From Clostridia bacterium (GTDB lineage: Bacteria; Bacillota; Clostridia; Oscillospirales; Acutalibacteraceae), in NCBI GenBank assembly GCA_017454485.1, contig JAFTCX010000042.1, forward strand, positions 32,178 through 96,177: a DNA stretch of 64,000 nt, given 5' to 3'. The translations under genes were made by a program, and so were the position numbers. The notes under the pieces were generated by a model that did no database searches, was not told the origin of the DNA, and saw only the letters and a list, made by a program, of their open reading frames with translations. Positions 1 to 9,760 of this stretch are shown here, one piece after another; the stretch's first letter is position 1, and the number at the start of each line of letters is the position of its first letter.

Positions 1-2629
1 CGAAGTGGGTCGTAATCATACCCTTGTTCGCGTCGTCCGCCGGATGCTGCACGGGTGTGAAGTCCTCCGCGTCGAAGCAGTTCGGCACAACGACCATACC
101 GCCCGGATGCTGACCGGTCGTTCGTTTGATGCCGGTACAGCCAAGCGTGAGACGATCCTCTTCCGCGCGCGAAACCGTTTTTCCGCGCTCTTCAAGATAT
201 TTTTTCACAAAACCGTAGGCGGTCTTGTCTGCAACGGTCGCAATCGTGCCGGCCTTGAACACATGGGTGATGCCGAACAGCTCTTCTGTATAGCGGTGGG
301 CATAGAACTGGTATTCGCCCGAAAAGTTCAAGTCGATATCAGGGCTCTTATCGCCCTTAAAGCCGAGGAAGGTTTCAAACGGAATATCATGACCGTCGCG
401 CTCCATCATTGTGCCGCAGTCGGGGCACGCCTTCGGCGGCAGGTCATAACCGGAACCGATCTCGCCGTGCAGGAAGAATTCCGTGTGACAGCACTTCGGG
501 CAACGGTAGTGCGGCGCGAGCGGATTGACTTCGGAAATACCGGCAGCGTTCGCCACATAAGAAGAACCGACAGAACCACGCGAACCGACCAGATAGCCGT
601 GATCCTCGGAGTTTTTCACAAGTTTTTGCGCGATCATGTAAAGCACGCCGAAGCCGTGGTGGATGATGGAATCCAATTCGCGCATCAGACGTTTGGCAAC
701 ATATTCCGGCACAGGATCACCGTAAAGCCGTTTTGTTTTTTCCCAGCAAAGCCGTTTCAGCTCATCGTCTGCGCCGTCAATGCTCGGCGGGAAGTTGCCG
801 CTGGGGATGGGCTTGATGTCTTCGATCATGTCCGCAATGCGGTTCGGATTGGTGATAACGACCTCTTTAGCCGTCTCTTCGCCGAGATAATCGAACTCCG
901 CAAGCATATCCTTCGTGTTGCGGAAAAACAGCGGCGCCTGCTTGTCGGCGTCGGGGAAGCCCTGACCGGCCATCAAAATTGCGCGGTAAATTGAATCTTC
1001 CGGGTCGATAAAGTGCACGTCGCAGGTGGCAACGGTCATCTTGCCCAGCGCGTCGGCGGTGTGGATGACCTTTTTGTTCATCGCCTGAATATCGGAAATG
1101 CCCTTCACAGCCGGGAAACGGTCACTTTCAATCATATAGGCGTTGTTGCCGCAAGGCTGAATCTCAAGATAATCGTAAAACGACGCGATCTTAAGAATCT
1201 CCTCATCGCTCTTGCCACTCGCGATGGCGCGGTAAACCTCGCCTGCTTCACACGCGGAACCGATCAGCAGACCCTCGCGGTGTTTAATCAGTTCGCTCTT
1301 CGGAATGATCGGACGGCGGTGGAAGTATTGCAGGTTGGATTTTGAAATCAGGCGATAGAGATTTTTCAAACCGGTGTTGTTGCGCGCGAGCAAAATCATG
1401 TGGTAATGGCGCGCCTTCTTTTCTTTTTTCCAGCTTTCAAACGGCACTTCGGTGTCGTCGATGTAATAGTTCTCCATGCCGAGGATGACCTTGATCTTGT
1501 CACCGCCGGCCGCCACAGCTTCCGGATACGCCTGTACCACGCCGTGATCGGTGATGGCGATCGCCTTGTGACCCCAGGCAATCGCGCGTTTCACCAGCGC
1601 GGCAGGGTCGGTCATGCCGTCCATCATGGACATCTTTGTATGCAGATGCAGCTCCACGCGCTTTTCTTCGGCGTCATCCACAGGCGGAATTTTATCCACA
1701 AGGCTGATGGCGCGCGGAGAAATCACAGTTTCGCCGGAGAATTTATCATAGGTCAGATCGCCGCGCAACAGCAGCGTGACGCCGTCTTTGATTTTATCCA
1801 AAAGCTGATCGCAGTTTTCCTTGCGTTCAAAGATCTTGCAGGTAAACGCATAGGTGTTGTCGCTGATGTTGAATGTAATGATATTCGAGCGCTTGTCGCG
1901 CGTTTCACGGGCTTCAAATTTAAAGACGGTGCCCCAGACAACGCAGGAGCCGTCCTCGGGCGTGACTTCTGACAAAGGCTTCGGATCTTTTGTGATCTTG
2001 TTTCCGTAGATCGGTTTTGCAGTTTCCAGATACAGCGGCACACCCTCGATCACGCGGTGGGTCTTCGGCTTGCTCACGCGTACCTCTTCGGGATCGATCC
2101 CCTTTGCGCGCAAATTGGACTCTTCCGCGTTCTTCATCATCGCGACCACGTCTTCGTCGTCGATGTTGACCTCCTGGCCGGCAAAAAGCACCGTGACATT
2201 GCGCGAAAACCGCTGCGCTATCAGGCGTTCCATAAACGCGTCGCATTCACACTGCCGCAGCACGTCGGCGCCGCCGTGACGCAGTGTGATCACAAGATCA
2301 TTTCCCTGCAGCACACAGGAAGCGTCGTTGAAAAAGCCGTTGGACGGCGCGATTGCTTCTCTTGCTTCGGCAACGAGGGTGGAGAAGTATTCTTCGGAAA
2401 AGCACTGCGGGGGCATTGTGACGGAAAGGGTCACACTTGAAAGATCAAGCGACGTTTTCAGTGCATCCTGCGCCGCAGCTATGTCTTTTCCCGTGACAAG
2501 ACGCGGCAAAGCAAGGGCCACGTTCAGCGCCCTTGCTTCCTTTTTCAGATTCAATTCCTGAACCTCGGTTCCTGCCGGCAGCAGATTTGCCGCGTTTGGA
2601 ACTGCGGAAAATAAAGTTTGAAACTCCAT
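1..2629 (-). CDS. polC: DNA polymerase III PolC-type alpha subunit, N-terminal ~876 codons. The gene continues beyond the left edge, so it is absent from the ORF track.
   Basis: Hand translation of the reverse strand from the ATG at 2629 (MEFQTLFSAVPN...) stays open to position 1. It contains the PHP-domain signature RVELHLHTKMSMMDGMTDPAALVKRAIAWGHKA (around 1560-1660). It lies just downstream of ispG, within the frr..polC housekeeping array seen in other Firmicutes. The + ORFs 5..994, 1013..1345 and 1400..1972 are its antisense shadows. Confidence 0.85.
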   Translation of the reverse strand, partial: MEFQTLFSAVPNAANLLPAGTEVQELNLKKEARALNVALALPRLVTGKDIAAAQDALKTSLDLSSVTLSVTMPPQCFSEEYFSTLVAEAREAIAPSNGFFNDASCVLQGNDLVITLRHGGADVLRQCECDAFMERLIAQRFSRNVTVLFAGQEVNIDDEDVVAMMKNAEESNLRAKGIDPEEVRVSKPKTHRVIEGVPLYLETAKPIYGNKITKDPKPLSEVTPEDGSCVVWGTVFKFEARETRDKRSNIITFNISDNTYAFTCKIFERKENCDQLLDKIKDGVTLLLRGDLTYDKFSGETVISPRAISLVDKIPPVDDAEEKRVELHLHTKMSMMDGMTDPAALVKRAIAWGHKAIAITDHGVVQAYPEAVAAGGDKIKVILGMENYYIDDTEVPFESWKKEKKARHYHMILLARNNTGLKNLYRLISKSNLQYFHRRPIIPKSELIKHREGLLIGSACEAGEVYRAIASGKSDEEILKIASFYDYLEIQPCGNNAYMIESDRFPAVKGISDIQAMNKKVIHTADALGKMTVATCDVHFIDPEDSIYRAILMAGQGFPDADKQAPLFFRNTKDMLAEFDYLGEETAKEVVITNPNRIADMIEDIKPIPSGNFPPSIDGADDELKRLCWEKTKRLYGDPVPEYVAKRLMRELDSIIHHGFGVLYMIAQKLVKNSEDHGYLVGSRGSVGSSYVANAAGISEVNPLAPHYRCPKCCHTEFFLHGEIGSGYDLPPKACPDCGTMMERDGHDIPFETFLGFKGDKSPDIDLNFSGEYQFYAHRYTEELFGITHVFKAGTIATVADKTAYGFVKKYLEERGKTVSRAEEDRLTLGCTGIKRTTGQHPGGMVVVPNCFDAEDFTPVQHPADDANKGMITTHF

Positions 2630-2643
2630 ATAGATTCCTTTTT

Positions 2644-3696
2644 TTATAACAGCGCGATCTCATCCATCAAGGCGCCGAGCAGCTCTTCTTGCGCCACCTT
2701 TTTGATGATCTCTCCTTTTTTGAAAACAAGCCCGCAGCCGTCGCCGCCGGCGATGCCGACATCCGCCTCTTTCGCTTCGCCTGGGCCGTTGACAACGCAG
2801 CCCATGACCGCTACCGTGATCGGTTTGTGAATATCTTTCAGCCGTTCCTCCACCTGATGCGCCAAAGAAATCAGATCGATCTTTGTGCGTCCGCAGGTCG
2901 GACAGCAAATGAGGGTCGGCCGATCGTTTTTCAGTCCGGCGGCAGATAGAATGTCGAACCCGGCAGCCACTTCGCGCACCGGGTCGGCAGTCAGCGAAAC
3001 ACGAATGGTGTCGCCGATGCCTTCCATCAAAAGTGTGCCGATGCCGACCGCGGATTTCACAAGTCCCATGTGCTCCGTTCCGGATTCCGTGACGCCGAGA
3101 TGCAGCGGATATTCGCACTGCGCAGCCACAAGGCGATAGGCTTCAACCGTGGATTGCACAGACGAGGACTTGATGGAGATCACAATATCGTCAAAATCAA
3201 ATTTTTCAAGCAACCGTGCGTGATACATGGCGCTTTCCGCCATCGCTGCCGGTGTCGGGCCGCCGTATTTTGCAAGCAGCTCCTTCTCCACCGAGCCGGA
3301 ATTCACGCCGATGCGGATGGGAATGCCTCTGGCACGGCACTTGTCAGCCACAGCTTTGACATTTTCATCGCCGCCGATGTTGCCAGGATTGATACGGATT
3401 TTGTCCACACCGGCATCCGCACAGGCGAGGGCGATTTTATAATTGAAATGGATATCGGCAACGATGGGCGCTCGCACCGCTTCCTTCAACGCAGCAATCA
3501 TCGGCACTGCGTCAAGATCAGGCACGGCAGCGCGAATGATCTGACACCCTGCGGCTTCCAGCGCTTTTGCCTGCGCCACATTGCCGGGAATGTCATGCGC
3601 TTCCACGTTGAGCATGGACTGAACGGAAACGGGAGCGTCGGCGCCGATCAAAAGAGAGCCGACACGTACTTGTTTTGTTTTTCTGCGTTCTATCAT
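2644..3696 (-). CDS. ispG: 4-hydroxy-3-methylbut-2-en-1-yl diphosphate synthase (MEP pathway)
   Basis: 350 aa. N-terminus KQVRVGSLLIGADAPVSVQSMLNV and the C-terminal CPTCGRT Fe-S motif are typical of IspG/GcpE. Confidence 0.9.
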   Translation of the reverse strand: MIERRKTKQVRVGSLLIGADAPVSVQSMLNVEAHDIPGNVAQAKALEAAGCQIIRAAVPDLDAVPMIAALKEAVRAPIVADIHFNYKIALACADAGVDKIRINPGNIGGDENVKAVADKCRARGIPIRIGVNSGSVEKELLAKYGGPTPAAMAESAMYHARLLEKFDFDDIVISIKSSSVQSTVEAYRLVAAQCEYPLHLGVTESGTEHMGLVKSAVGIGTLLMEGIGDTIRVSLTADPVREVAAGFDILSAAGLKNDRPTLICCPTCGRTKIDLISLAHQVEERLKDIHKPITVAVMGCVVNGPGEAKEADVGIAGGDGCGLVFKKGEIIKKVAQEELLGALMDEIALL

Positions 3697-3723
3697 ATCG
3701 TCACCAAAAATAGTTGTTTCGGT

Positions 3724-4044
3724 TTACCATTCTTTCTCAAAGCGGTGCCCCGTGTTCGCATAGATCACGCCGCCAAAAGCGGCAACAAGAAACAGTGCGA
3801 TACCAACCCAAAGCAGCGCTTTTAAATGAAACACTTCACTGGATGCCGCAACCAGCCAGCAGGCGGCGAGCACAAACATCAGTTTTCCCATAAAGCGGCA
3901 GAGCTTTTTTTCGTCGATCGCCATTTTTTCTTCTTCGGAAGCAGTATTATAATCGGCGATCAGCGCGGTGCCTTTGCCGCGCAAAAAAACGATGCCGAGC
4001 AGGACAAACAACAGGGAAACAGCCAAATGAACCCAAAGCGCCAA
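3724..4044 (-). CDS. Small membrane protein, DUF3784-like
   Basis: 106 aa with hydrophobic ends and a central LRGKGTALIADYNTASEEEK motif. This resembles the GKG..IAGYNT..EEK signature I recall for DUF3784. Confidence 0.55.
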   Translation of the reverse strand: MALWVHLAVSLLFVLLGIVFLRGKGTALIADYNTASEEEKMAIDEKKLCRFMGKLMFVLAACWLVAASSEVFHLKALLWVGIALFLVAAFGGVIYANTGHRFEKEW

Positions 4045-4065
4045 AGGTATCCACTCTCTTTCCGC

Positions 4066-5385
4066 TTAATAGAATCCAACGCCGGAAATCCATTTCCAAA
4101 GATCGCTGGCGGAAACGACCGCCATGAAGATCAGCAGCAGCACCATGCCGGCCGCATGGATCCAGTTTTCGTATTTTGCAGGAACGGGTCGACGCGCAAC
4201 CAGCTCGATGAGCATAAAGAACAGCCGTCCGCCGTCCAGCGCGGGAATGGGAAGCAGATTGAACAGGCCGATGTTGATCGTGATCAGCGCCATGATGGAA
4301 AACAAACCTGTCAAATCAGCACTCTTGACGCTCTCCTGCGCCATATCGGCAATGACTGAAACTGTTCCGATGGGTCCGGCAAGCTCGTTCAAGCCGTAGT
4401 GGCCGCGCAGAAGATCAAACAACGACAAGTACACCATGCGGGACATGGAAAGCGCATATTTGACGCCGCCGCCAAGCACGTTGCCGACGTTCTTTTCCTT
4501 GCCGAGCAAGATAAAATCGAACACTGTCACGGTCGCCATTTTAACTTTTTCAACAGTCAAAGTCTCTTCGCCGCGACGAACGGTATAGTCGATCACACGA
4601 TCGTCGTCTTTTTGGATCGCTTTGGAAAGTGATTCATTATCCGTGACGGTTTCGCCGTTCACTTTGAGAATCACGTCGCCGTTTTTCAATCCGGCGCGCT
4701 TCATTTTTGCGCTCAGATCCGAGATCACGTTTGTCTTGTCATAGGAGAAGTTGCCTCCCGTGCGCACAGCAAAATGCACGTTGGGCAAATGCACGGTTTC
4801 TTCGCCGCGGCGCACCGTCATATCATAGACGCCGGTGTTGTTGCGCAGCATGAGAAAAGAGATATCCTCATCCGAGAATACGTGTTTGCCGTCAATTTTT
4901 AAAATGCGGTCGCCTGCCTGCAGACCGCCTTCCGCGTTGGAAACGGCGGATTCGTGGAACTGCAAAATTTCCGGCGTACCGACATATTTTTCCGTACCGA
5001 CCAGACAGGTGCAGATGAGAATGCCGAGAATAATGTTGAAGGTTGCGCCGGCAGCAACGATGATGATGCGCTGCCAGAGCTTTTTATTGCAAAACGCGCG
5101 CGCATCTTCGCTGCTTTCGTCCTCACCCTCCATTGCGCAATAGCCGCCGATGGGAAACAGGTGCAGCGCGTAAAGAGTCTCCTTGCCCTGCTTTTTTAAA
5201 AGCGTCGGGCCCATACCGAGCGCGAATTCGTTGACTTTGACGCCAAACGCCTTCGCAAAAATAAAATGACCGAACTCATGAATAAAAATAATCAGGCCGA
5301 AAAAGAGGATGGCCACAAGAAACGGCCAAACCTTTGACCAGATCGCGGCCAGTGAGACCGCAAGTGCAATGTTCAATCTGCTCAC
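4066..5385 (-). CDS. rseP: RIP zinc metalloprotease (site-2 protease) with PDZ domains
   Basis: HEFGHF zinc motif near the N-terminus, NLLPIPALDGG motif near the C-terminus, and a polytopic profile. 4-nt overlap with dxr. Confidence 0.85.
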   Translation of the reverse strand: MSRLNIALAVSLAAIWSKVWPFLVAILFFGLIIFIHEFGHFIFAKAFGVKVNEFALGMGPTLLKKQGKETLYALHLFPIGGYCAMEGEDESSEDARAFCNKKLWQRIIIVAAGATFNIILGILICTCLVGTEKYVGTPEILQFHESAVSNAEGGLQAGDRILKIDGKHVFSDEDISFLMLRNNTGVYDMTVRRGEETVHLPNVHFAVRTGGNFSYDKTNVISDLSAKMKRAGLKNGDVILKVNGETVTDNESLSKAIQKDDDRVIDYTVRRGEETLTVEKVKMATVTVFDFILLGKEKNVGNVLGGGVKYALSMSRMVYLSLFDLLRGHYGLNELAGPIGTVSVIADMAQESVKSADLTGLFSIMALITINIGLFNLLPIPALDGGRLFFMLIELVARRPVPAKYENWIHAAGMVLLLIFMAVVSASDLWKWISGVGFY

Positions 5386-6530
5386 CTCTGTTGCGCCAAA
5401 ACATAATCTCTGGCGGCTTTATCCGCGTCGAAAACATCCTGACGGGTATAAATCTGCTGACTCGGAACGTTCTCCAGCGCACCTTCAACGAGATCTGCAA
5501 TCTGCAAAAAGCCGATTTTCCCCTCCCGGAACAGCGCGTTCGCCATCTCGTTTGCACCGTTGGCAATACAGGGCGCCAGCCCGCCGCGCGCAATCGCTTT
5601 TCTGCAAAGCGGCAAACAGCGGAAGGTCTCTTCATCCGGCAAACAAAAATGCAGCGTGCCAAGTTCAGACAGCGAAAGGCGCTTCACCGGCGACGGGATG
5701 CGTGCCGGGTAGGTCAGCGCGTACTGGATCGGCACACGCATATCCGGAACACCAAGCTGCGCGATCACGGCGTTATCGCTGAATTCCACAGCGGAATGGA
5801 CAATACTTTCCCGATGGACAAGAATCTGGATCTGTTCAGGCGTAACATCAAACAGCCACACCGCTTCGATCAGCTCAAGCCCCTTGTTCATCATCGTTGC
5901 GCTGTCCACCGTGATCTTGGCGCCCATGCTCCAGTTCGGATGCTTCAGCGCCTGTGCAAGCGTCACCGTAGCAAGCGCTTCTTTACTTTTTCCGAAAAAC
6001 GGACCACCCGAAGCTGTGAGCAGGATCGATTTGAGCTCGGTTTTGTCGTGCATCCCCTGCAGACACTGGAAGATTGCGGAATGCTCGCTGTCAACGGGCA
6101 AAATCGTCACGCCGTTTTCCTTCGCGAGCCGCGTTACCAACGCACCGCCGGCAACGAGCGTTTCCTTGTTGGCGAGTGCAAGCGTTTTTTTTGCTTCAAT
6201 GGCGGCAAGTGTCGGTGCAAGTCCGGCCATGCCGACCACGCTGTTGAGCACGGTATCCGCTTTCTCATACGCGGCACACGCGCAAACGCCGTCCATGCCG
6301 GACAGCACATGAATGTCCGTATCCGCAAGGCGAACTTTCAAATCCTTTGCAGCAGTCTCATCCACAAGAGCGACAAGCGACGGATGAAACCGGCGTGCCT
6401 GTGCTTCCAAAAGTTTTGCATTGCTGTAAGCTGCCAAGCAAACAATCTCATAGCCCGCCTGCAAAACGACATCCAAACACTGCGTACCGATGGAACCGGT
6501 GGAACCAAGCAACGAAAGCTGTTTCTTCAT
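5382..6530 (-). CDS. dxr: 1-deoxy-D-xylulose 5-phosphate reductoisomerase
   Basis: 382 aa. LGSTGSIGTQ NADPH-binding N-terminus and Dxr-like sequence throughout. Confidence 0.92.
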   Translation of the reverse strand: MKKQLSLLGSTGSIGTQCLDVVLQAGYEIVCLAAYSNAKLLEAQARRFHPSLVALVDETAAKDLKVRLADTDIHVLSGMDGVCACAAYEKADTVLNSVVGMAGLAPTLAAIEAKKTLALANKETLVAGGALVTRLAKENGVTILPVDSEHSAIFQCLQGMHDKTELKSILLTASGGPFFGKSKEALATVTLAQALKHPNWSMGAKITVDSATMMNKGLELIEAVWLFDVTPEQIQILVHRESIVHSAVEFSDNAVIAQLGVPDMRVPIQYALTYPARIPSPVKRLSLSELGTLHFCLPDEETFRCLPLCRKAIARGGLAPCIANGANEMANALFREGKIGFLQIADLVEGALENVPSQQIYTRQDVFDADKAARDYVLAQQR

Positions 6531-6560
6531 GGGAATCGTTCCTTACCAATATTTTATAGT

Positions 6561-7472
6561 TTATCCATAAATCAAGCTAAAAATTCCATAGAGGGTCGGC
6601 AGCACAAACATACAACTGTCAAACCGGTCGGCAATACCGCCGTGTCCGGGAAGAAGGTTGCTGAAATCCTTGATGCCGACATTGCGTTTGAGCACCGACA
6701 ACGCGAGGTCACCGAACATACCAACCACGGAAAGTGCCACGGACAACGGCACCACATACAGGTACTTGAGCGGTGTATCCAGCCAAAAAGAGGTGCGCCC
6801 CATCAGCTTTGTTGCAACAAGCGTGTAGCCGAGCAGCACAAGTACATTGATCGCCGCTGTAATGAGCGTTCCGAAGATCGCGCCCTCCCAGCTTTTTTTC
6901 GGACTGATGCCCGGGCACATTTTGTGCTTTCCGATCTTTCGACCGACAAGGAAAGCAAAAACATCCGTCACCCAGGAGCAGGTGAACGACAGCCAGAACA
7001 GGAACAAGCCTTCCAAATGGGTAAAGCGCCCGTTAAGATACGGCAGATCGTTCAGGCGAATGAAACAAGAAAGCGCATACGGCGCACAAATGGACGCAAA
7101 GAACGCCATTGCAGCGTGGATAAACTGAATGCGCCGGTGATTCAGCACCGTCAACGCCAGCAGCAACATCACATAAAAGCTCAACAGCACCATCGGATGC
7201 GGCAGCCGAATGTGGAAGCCAACCGTCACAACATAGGCCGCCGAAACAGCGATCGATACGCCAAACAGCAGCTTGCTTTCGGCACCGACTGCATGGACAA
7301 GCTCATAAGTCACACCGGCTGAAACAAGTGCGGTAATGATGGTGTAAAGCCAGTGGATGTTTAAATGAATGGAGACCACATACACTGCTAACACAGCGAC
7401 AATGATCAATGTTGAACGCGTGCGCTCCCCTTTAAAATGAAATTTTCCTTTTTTCTTAACGGAGTCTTCCAT
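6561..7472 (-). CDS. cdsA: Phosphatidate cytidylyltransferase
   Basis: Polytopic, with the C-terminal signature SVLKRNVGIKDFSNLLPGHGGIADRFDS. Confidence 0.85.
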   Translation of the reverse strand: MEDSVKKKGKFHFKGERTRSTLIIVAVLAVYVVSIHLNIHWLYTIITALVSAGVTYELVHAVGAESKLLFGVSIAVSAAYVVTVGFHIRLPHPMVLLSFYVMLLLALTVLNHRRIQFIHAAMAFFASICAPYALSCFIRLNDLPYLNGRFTHLEGLFLFWLSFTCSWVTDVFAFLVGRKIGKHKMCPGISPKKSWEGAIFGTLITAAINVLVLLGYTLVATKLMGRTSFWLDTPLKYLYVVPLSVALSVVGMFGDLALSVLKRNVGIKDFSNLLPGHGGIADRFDSCMFVLPTLYGIFSLIYG

Positions 7473-7487
7473 GGAATATGCTCCTTC

Positions 7488-8219
7488 CTATTGTTGTTGC
7501 ACACCGCCGAATCTGCGATCGCGCCGTGCAAAGGCATTGATCGCACGATCAAGATCATCCGGCGTAAAGTCCGGCCAGAGTACATCGTCATAATAAAACT
7601 CCGCATACGCAGCCTGCCAGATCAAAAAGTTTGAAAGCCGCTGCTCTCCGCTTGGGCGGATGATCAGATCCGGGTCGGGCTGGTTCGCCGTATAAAGCAA
7701 TGCAGAGATGCTTTCCTCAGTGATGTCCTGCGGCTGCAGCGTACCGGCTTTGATCTGTTCACCGAGCAGCTTTGCCGCATGCACGATCTCAGCTCTGCCG
7801 CCGTAATTGACGGCGATATTGACATGCATGTGCGTTTTATTCGCAGAGCGCGCCTCGGCCTGATCCATGAGCTTTACAAGATCGGAAGGCAAGCCTTCCC
7901 GCGCGCCGAGAAAATGAATGCAATAGCCGCCGCTTTCGTTTTCCGCTTCGCGTTCCTCCATCTCAAAAAGATAGTTGCGAAACAGGTTCATCAGCGCAGT
8001 AACCTCCGTTTCGGAGCGCTTCCAATTTTCCGTAGAAAACGCGTAAAAGGTCATGTGTTTGATTCCGATGCGCGAAGCATAAGTGCAGATATTGCGAAAC
8101 ACTTCCGCGCCGCGCTTATGCCCTTCGGTGCGCGCAAGTCCGCGCTGCTTTGCCCAACGGCCGTTGCCATCCATAATGATCGCGATGTGTGCGGGCAAAA
8201 CGATGCCTTTATCCAGCAT
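7488..8219 (-). CDS. uppS: Undecaprenyl diphosphate synthase (isoprenyl transferase)
   Basis: HIAIIMDGNGRWA motif. The track ORF starts at 8240, but the ATG at 8219 is preceded by GAGGG at suitable spacing, so I prefer it. Confidence 0.88.
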   Translation of the reverse strand: MLDKGIVLPAHIAIIMDGNGRWAKQRGLARTEGHKRGAEVFRNICTYASRIGIKHMTFYAFSTENWKRSETEVTALMNLFRNYLFEMEEREAENESGGYCIHFLGAREGLPSDLVKLMDQAEARSANKTHMHVNIAVNYGGRAEIVHAAKLLGEQIKAGTLQPQDITEESISALLYTANQPDPDLIIRPSGEQRLSNFLIWQAAYAEFYYDDVLWPDFTPDDLDRAINAFARRDRRFGGVQQQ

Positions 8220-8284
8220 AGACTTCCCTCTTTCATGCATAACGCCGCCAAAGCAAAGCCCTGACGGCGGAATTGATTTTCAGT

Positions 8285-8839
8285 TCAGATTTCGAGAATT
8301 TCTTTTTCCTTTGCGTCGGCAATCGTGTCGATGTCTTTGATGAAGCCGTCAGTAATCTTCTGGATCTCTTTTTCGCCGTCTTTCAGATCATCTTCGGTGA
8401 TATCGCTGTTTTTCTTCATCGCCTTGAGCTTTTCAATGCAATCACGGCGAATGGAACGGATTGCGACTTTGCTGGTCTCACCGATTTTCTGCACATCCTT
8501 AGCGAGCTCTTTGCGGCGGTCTTCCGTCAGCGGCGGGAAAGTCAAACGAATGACGCTGCCGTCGTTTTGCGGATTGATGCCGATGTCGGACGCCTGAATT
8601 GCTTTTTCAATGCCCTTGAGTACGGATTTATCCCACGGCGCGATTGTCAGCACACGCGCTTCCGTTGCGGAAACAGAAGCAAGCTGACCGATCGGGGTCG
8701 GCGTGCCATAATAATCGACCGACACACGGTCAAGCACCTGCGGATTTGCGCGGCCGGCACGAATGGCGCCGTATTCGGCCTTTAATGCGTGGATGGTTTT
8801 CTCCATTTTGGTTTTGCAAGTTTCATAGACTTGTTTCAT
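8285..8839 (-). CDS. frr: Ribosome recycling factor
   Basis: 184 aa with full-length Frr-like sequence (ANPQVLDRVSVDYYGTPTPI..., DLKDGEKEIQKITD). Confidence 0.95.
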   Translation of the reverse strand: MKQVYETCKTKMEKTIHALKAEYGAIRAGRANPQVLDRVSVDYYGTPTPIGQLASVSATEARVLTIAPWDKSVLKGIEKAIQASDIGINPQNDGSVIRLTFPPLTEDRRKELAKDVQKIGETSKVAIRSIRRDCIEKLKAMKKNSDITEDDLKDGEKEIQKITDGFIKDIDTIADAKEKEILEI

Positions 8840-8886
8840 GATGTTTCCTTCTTTCGTAGCATAGTTTATGCAATTGTTCGAATATG

Positions 8887-8915
8887 ATTATAGCACATCC
8901 GTCCAAGCGTGGCAA
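8887..8915 (-). promoter_or_regulatory. SigmaA-type promoter for frr (TTGCCA-17 nt-TATAAT with TGc extended -10)
   Basis: Reverse complement of 8910..8915 is TTGCCA and of 8887..8892 is TATAAT, with a 17-nt spacer, about 45 nt upstream of the frr ATG. Confidence 0.5.
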
Positions 8916-8954
8916 GAGGTTTTGGAAGATTTTGAGCAAATTCAAAAAATGTTT

Positions 8955-9722
8955 TCAGTCTTCACCCGGAAAGAAAGAATTGAACTTCGTCTGTAAGTGT
9001 GAGACAAAGCCGCGCACAAAGGGATTGTGTCGCTCATATAAAAACAGAAGGTTCAAAATCCACAGCAGCGGAACAGTGTTGGAAATCGGCGTAACAGAAT
9101 TCACACAAGAAAGGATCATTGTTTGCGGCAGCGTGCAAAGTGCAAACAAAAATGTATGCTTCATGGTCTTCATAGCAGCTTTATCCGATGGTAATGCACC
9201 TGCGGTCGACGTGCGCATCACAAGAAAATACACAACCCAAAGCACTGCAAACAGGAAGAAAAAAAAGATCGTGTTTTTTGTATAAAAACCTTTTTCACTC
9301 TTGAAAAGACTAAACAGCATAACAACAGTTAATGCAACGCAAAACAGCCTTGCAACTGTCAGTCCGGCGACAGAAAAAAAGCCGCCTTTCTTGCCTTTTG
9401 CTGCATCAATCTGAATGACAAAGGACAGCATCGGGGGGATATAGGTCAGGATCATGAAAAAATCATACTGGTTTTCATAGCGCAAAAGGAAAGAAACTAC
9501 AAATAAAACGCCGACGCCGACAAAAGCCAACAGGCCGTTAATCGTCGGCGAAACGCCGTATAAAAACAAGCAATAGAACACAAACGGGAATATGAGTTCC
9601 ACAATCATGAGCGTTTCATCATAAATGAGATTTAGCGTCAACTGATAAAACATCCAGCATGTTGCAAAAAGAAGAAACAACGCAGTCACATTGAGAAGCC
9701 TGGCCTTCTTTTCTGTTTTCAT
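8955..9722 (-). CDS. Polytopic membrane protein, family not recognised (last gene of the envelope operon)
   Basis: 255 aa, almost entirely hydrophobic helices. Lies 38 nt downstream of the preceding gene on the same strand. Confidence 0.6.
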   Translation of the reverse strand: MKTEKKARLLNVTALFLLFATCWMFYQLTLNLIYDETLMIVELIFPFVFYCLFLYGVSPTINGLLAFVGVGVLFVVSFLLRYENQYDFFMILTYIPPMLSFVIQIDAAKGKKGGFFSVAGLTVARLFCVALTVVMLFSLFKSEKGFYTKNTIFFFFLFAVLWVVYFLVMRTSTAGALPSDKAAMKTMKHTFLFALCTLPQTMILSCVNSVTPISNTVPLLWILNLLFLYERHNPFVRGFVSHLQTKFNSFFPGED

Positions 9723-9760
9723 AGCTTTTCACCTGTTTCAAAAAAGAGTGACTATACGAA

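Noticed and set aside
5-1972. Plus-strand ORFs 5..994, 1013..1345 and 1400..1972 listed in the track.
   Set aside because: They lie antisense to an uninterrupted polC reading frame that carries the PHP signature. Their translations are Arg/His/Gly-rich with no recognisable motifs. They are shadow ORFs.
5334-7322. 662-aa plus-strand ORF spanning dxr and cdsA.
   Set aside because: It is antisense to two well-supported genes. The translation is Arg/His/Gln-rich and low complexity, with no RBS. This is typical of shadow ORFs in GC-rich DNA.
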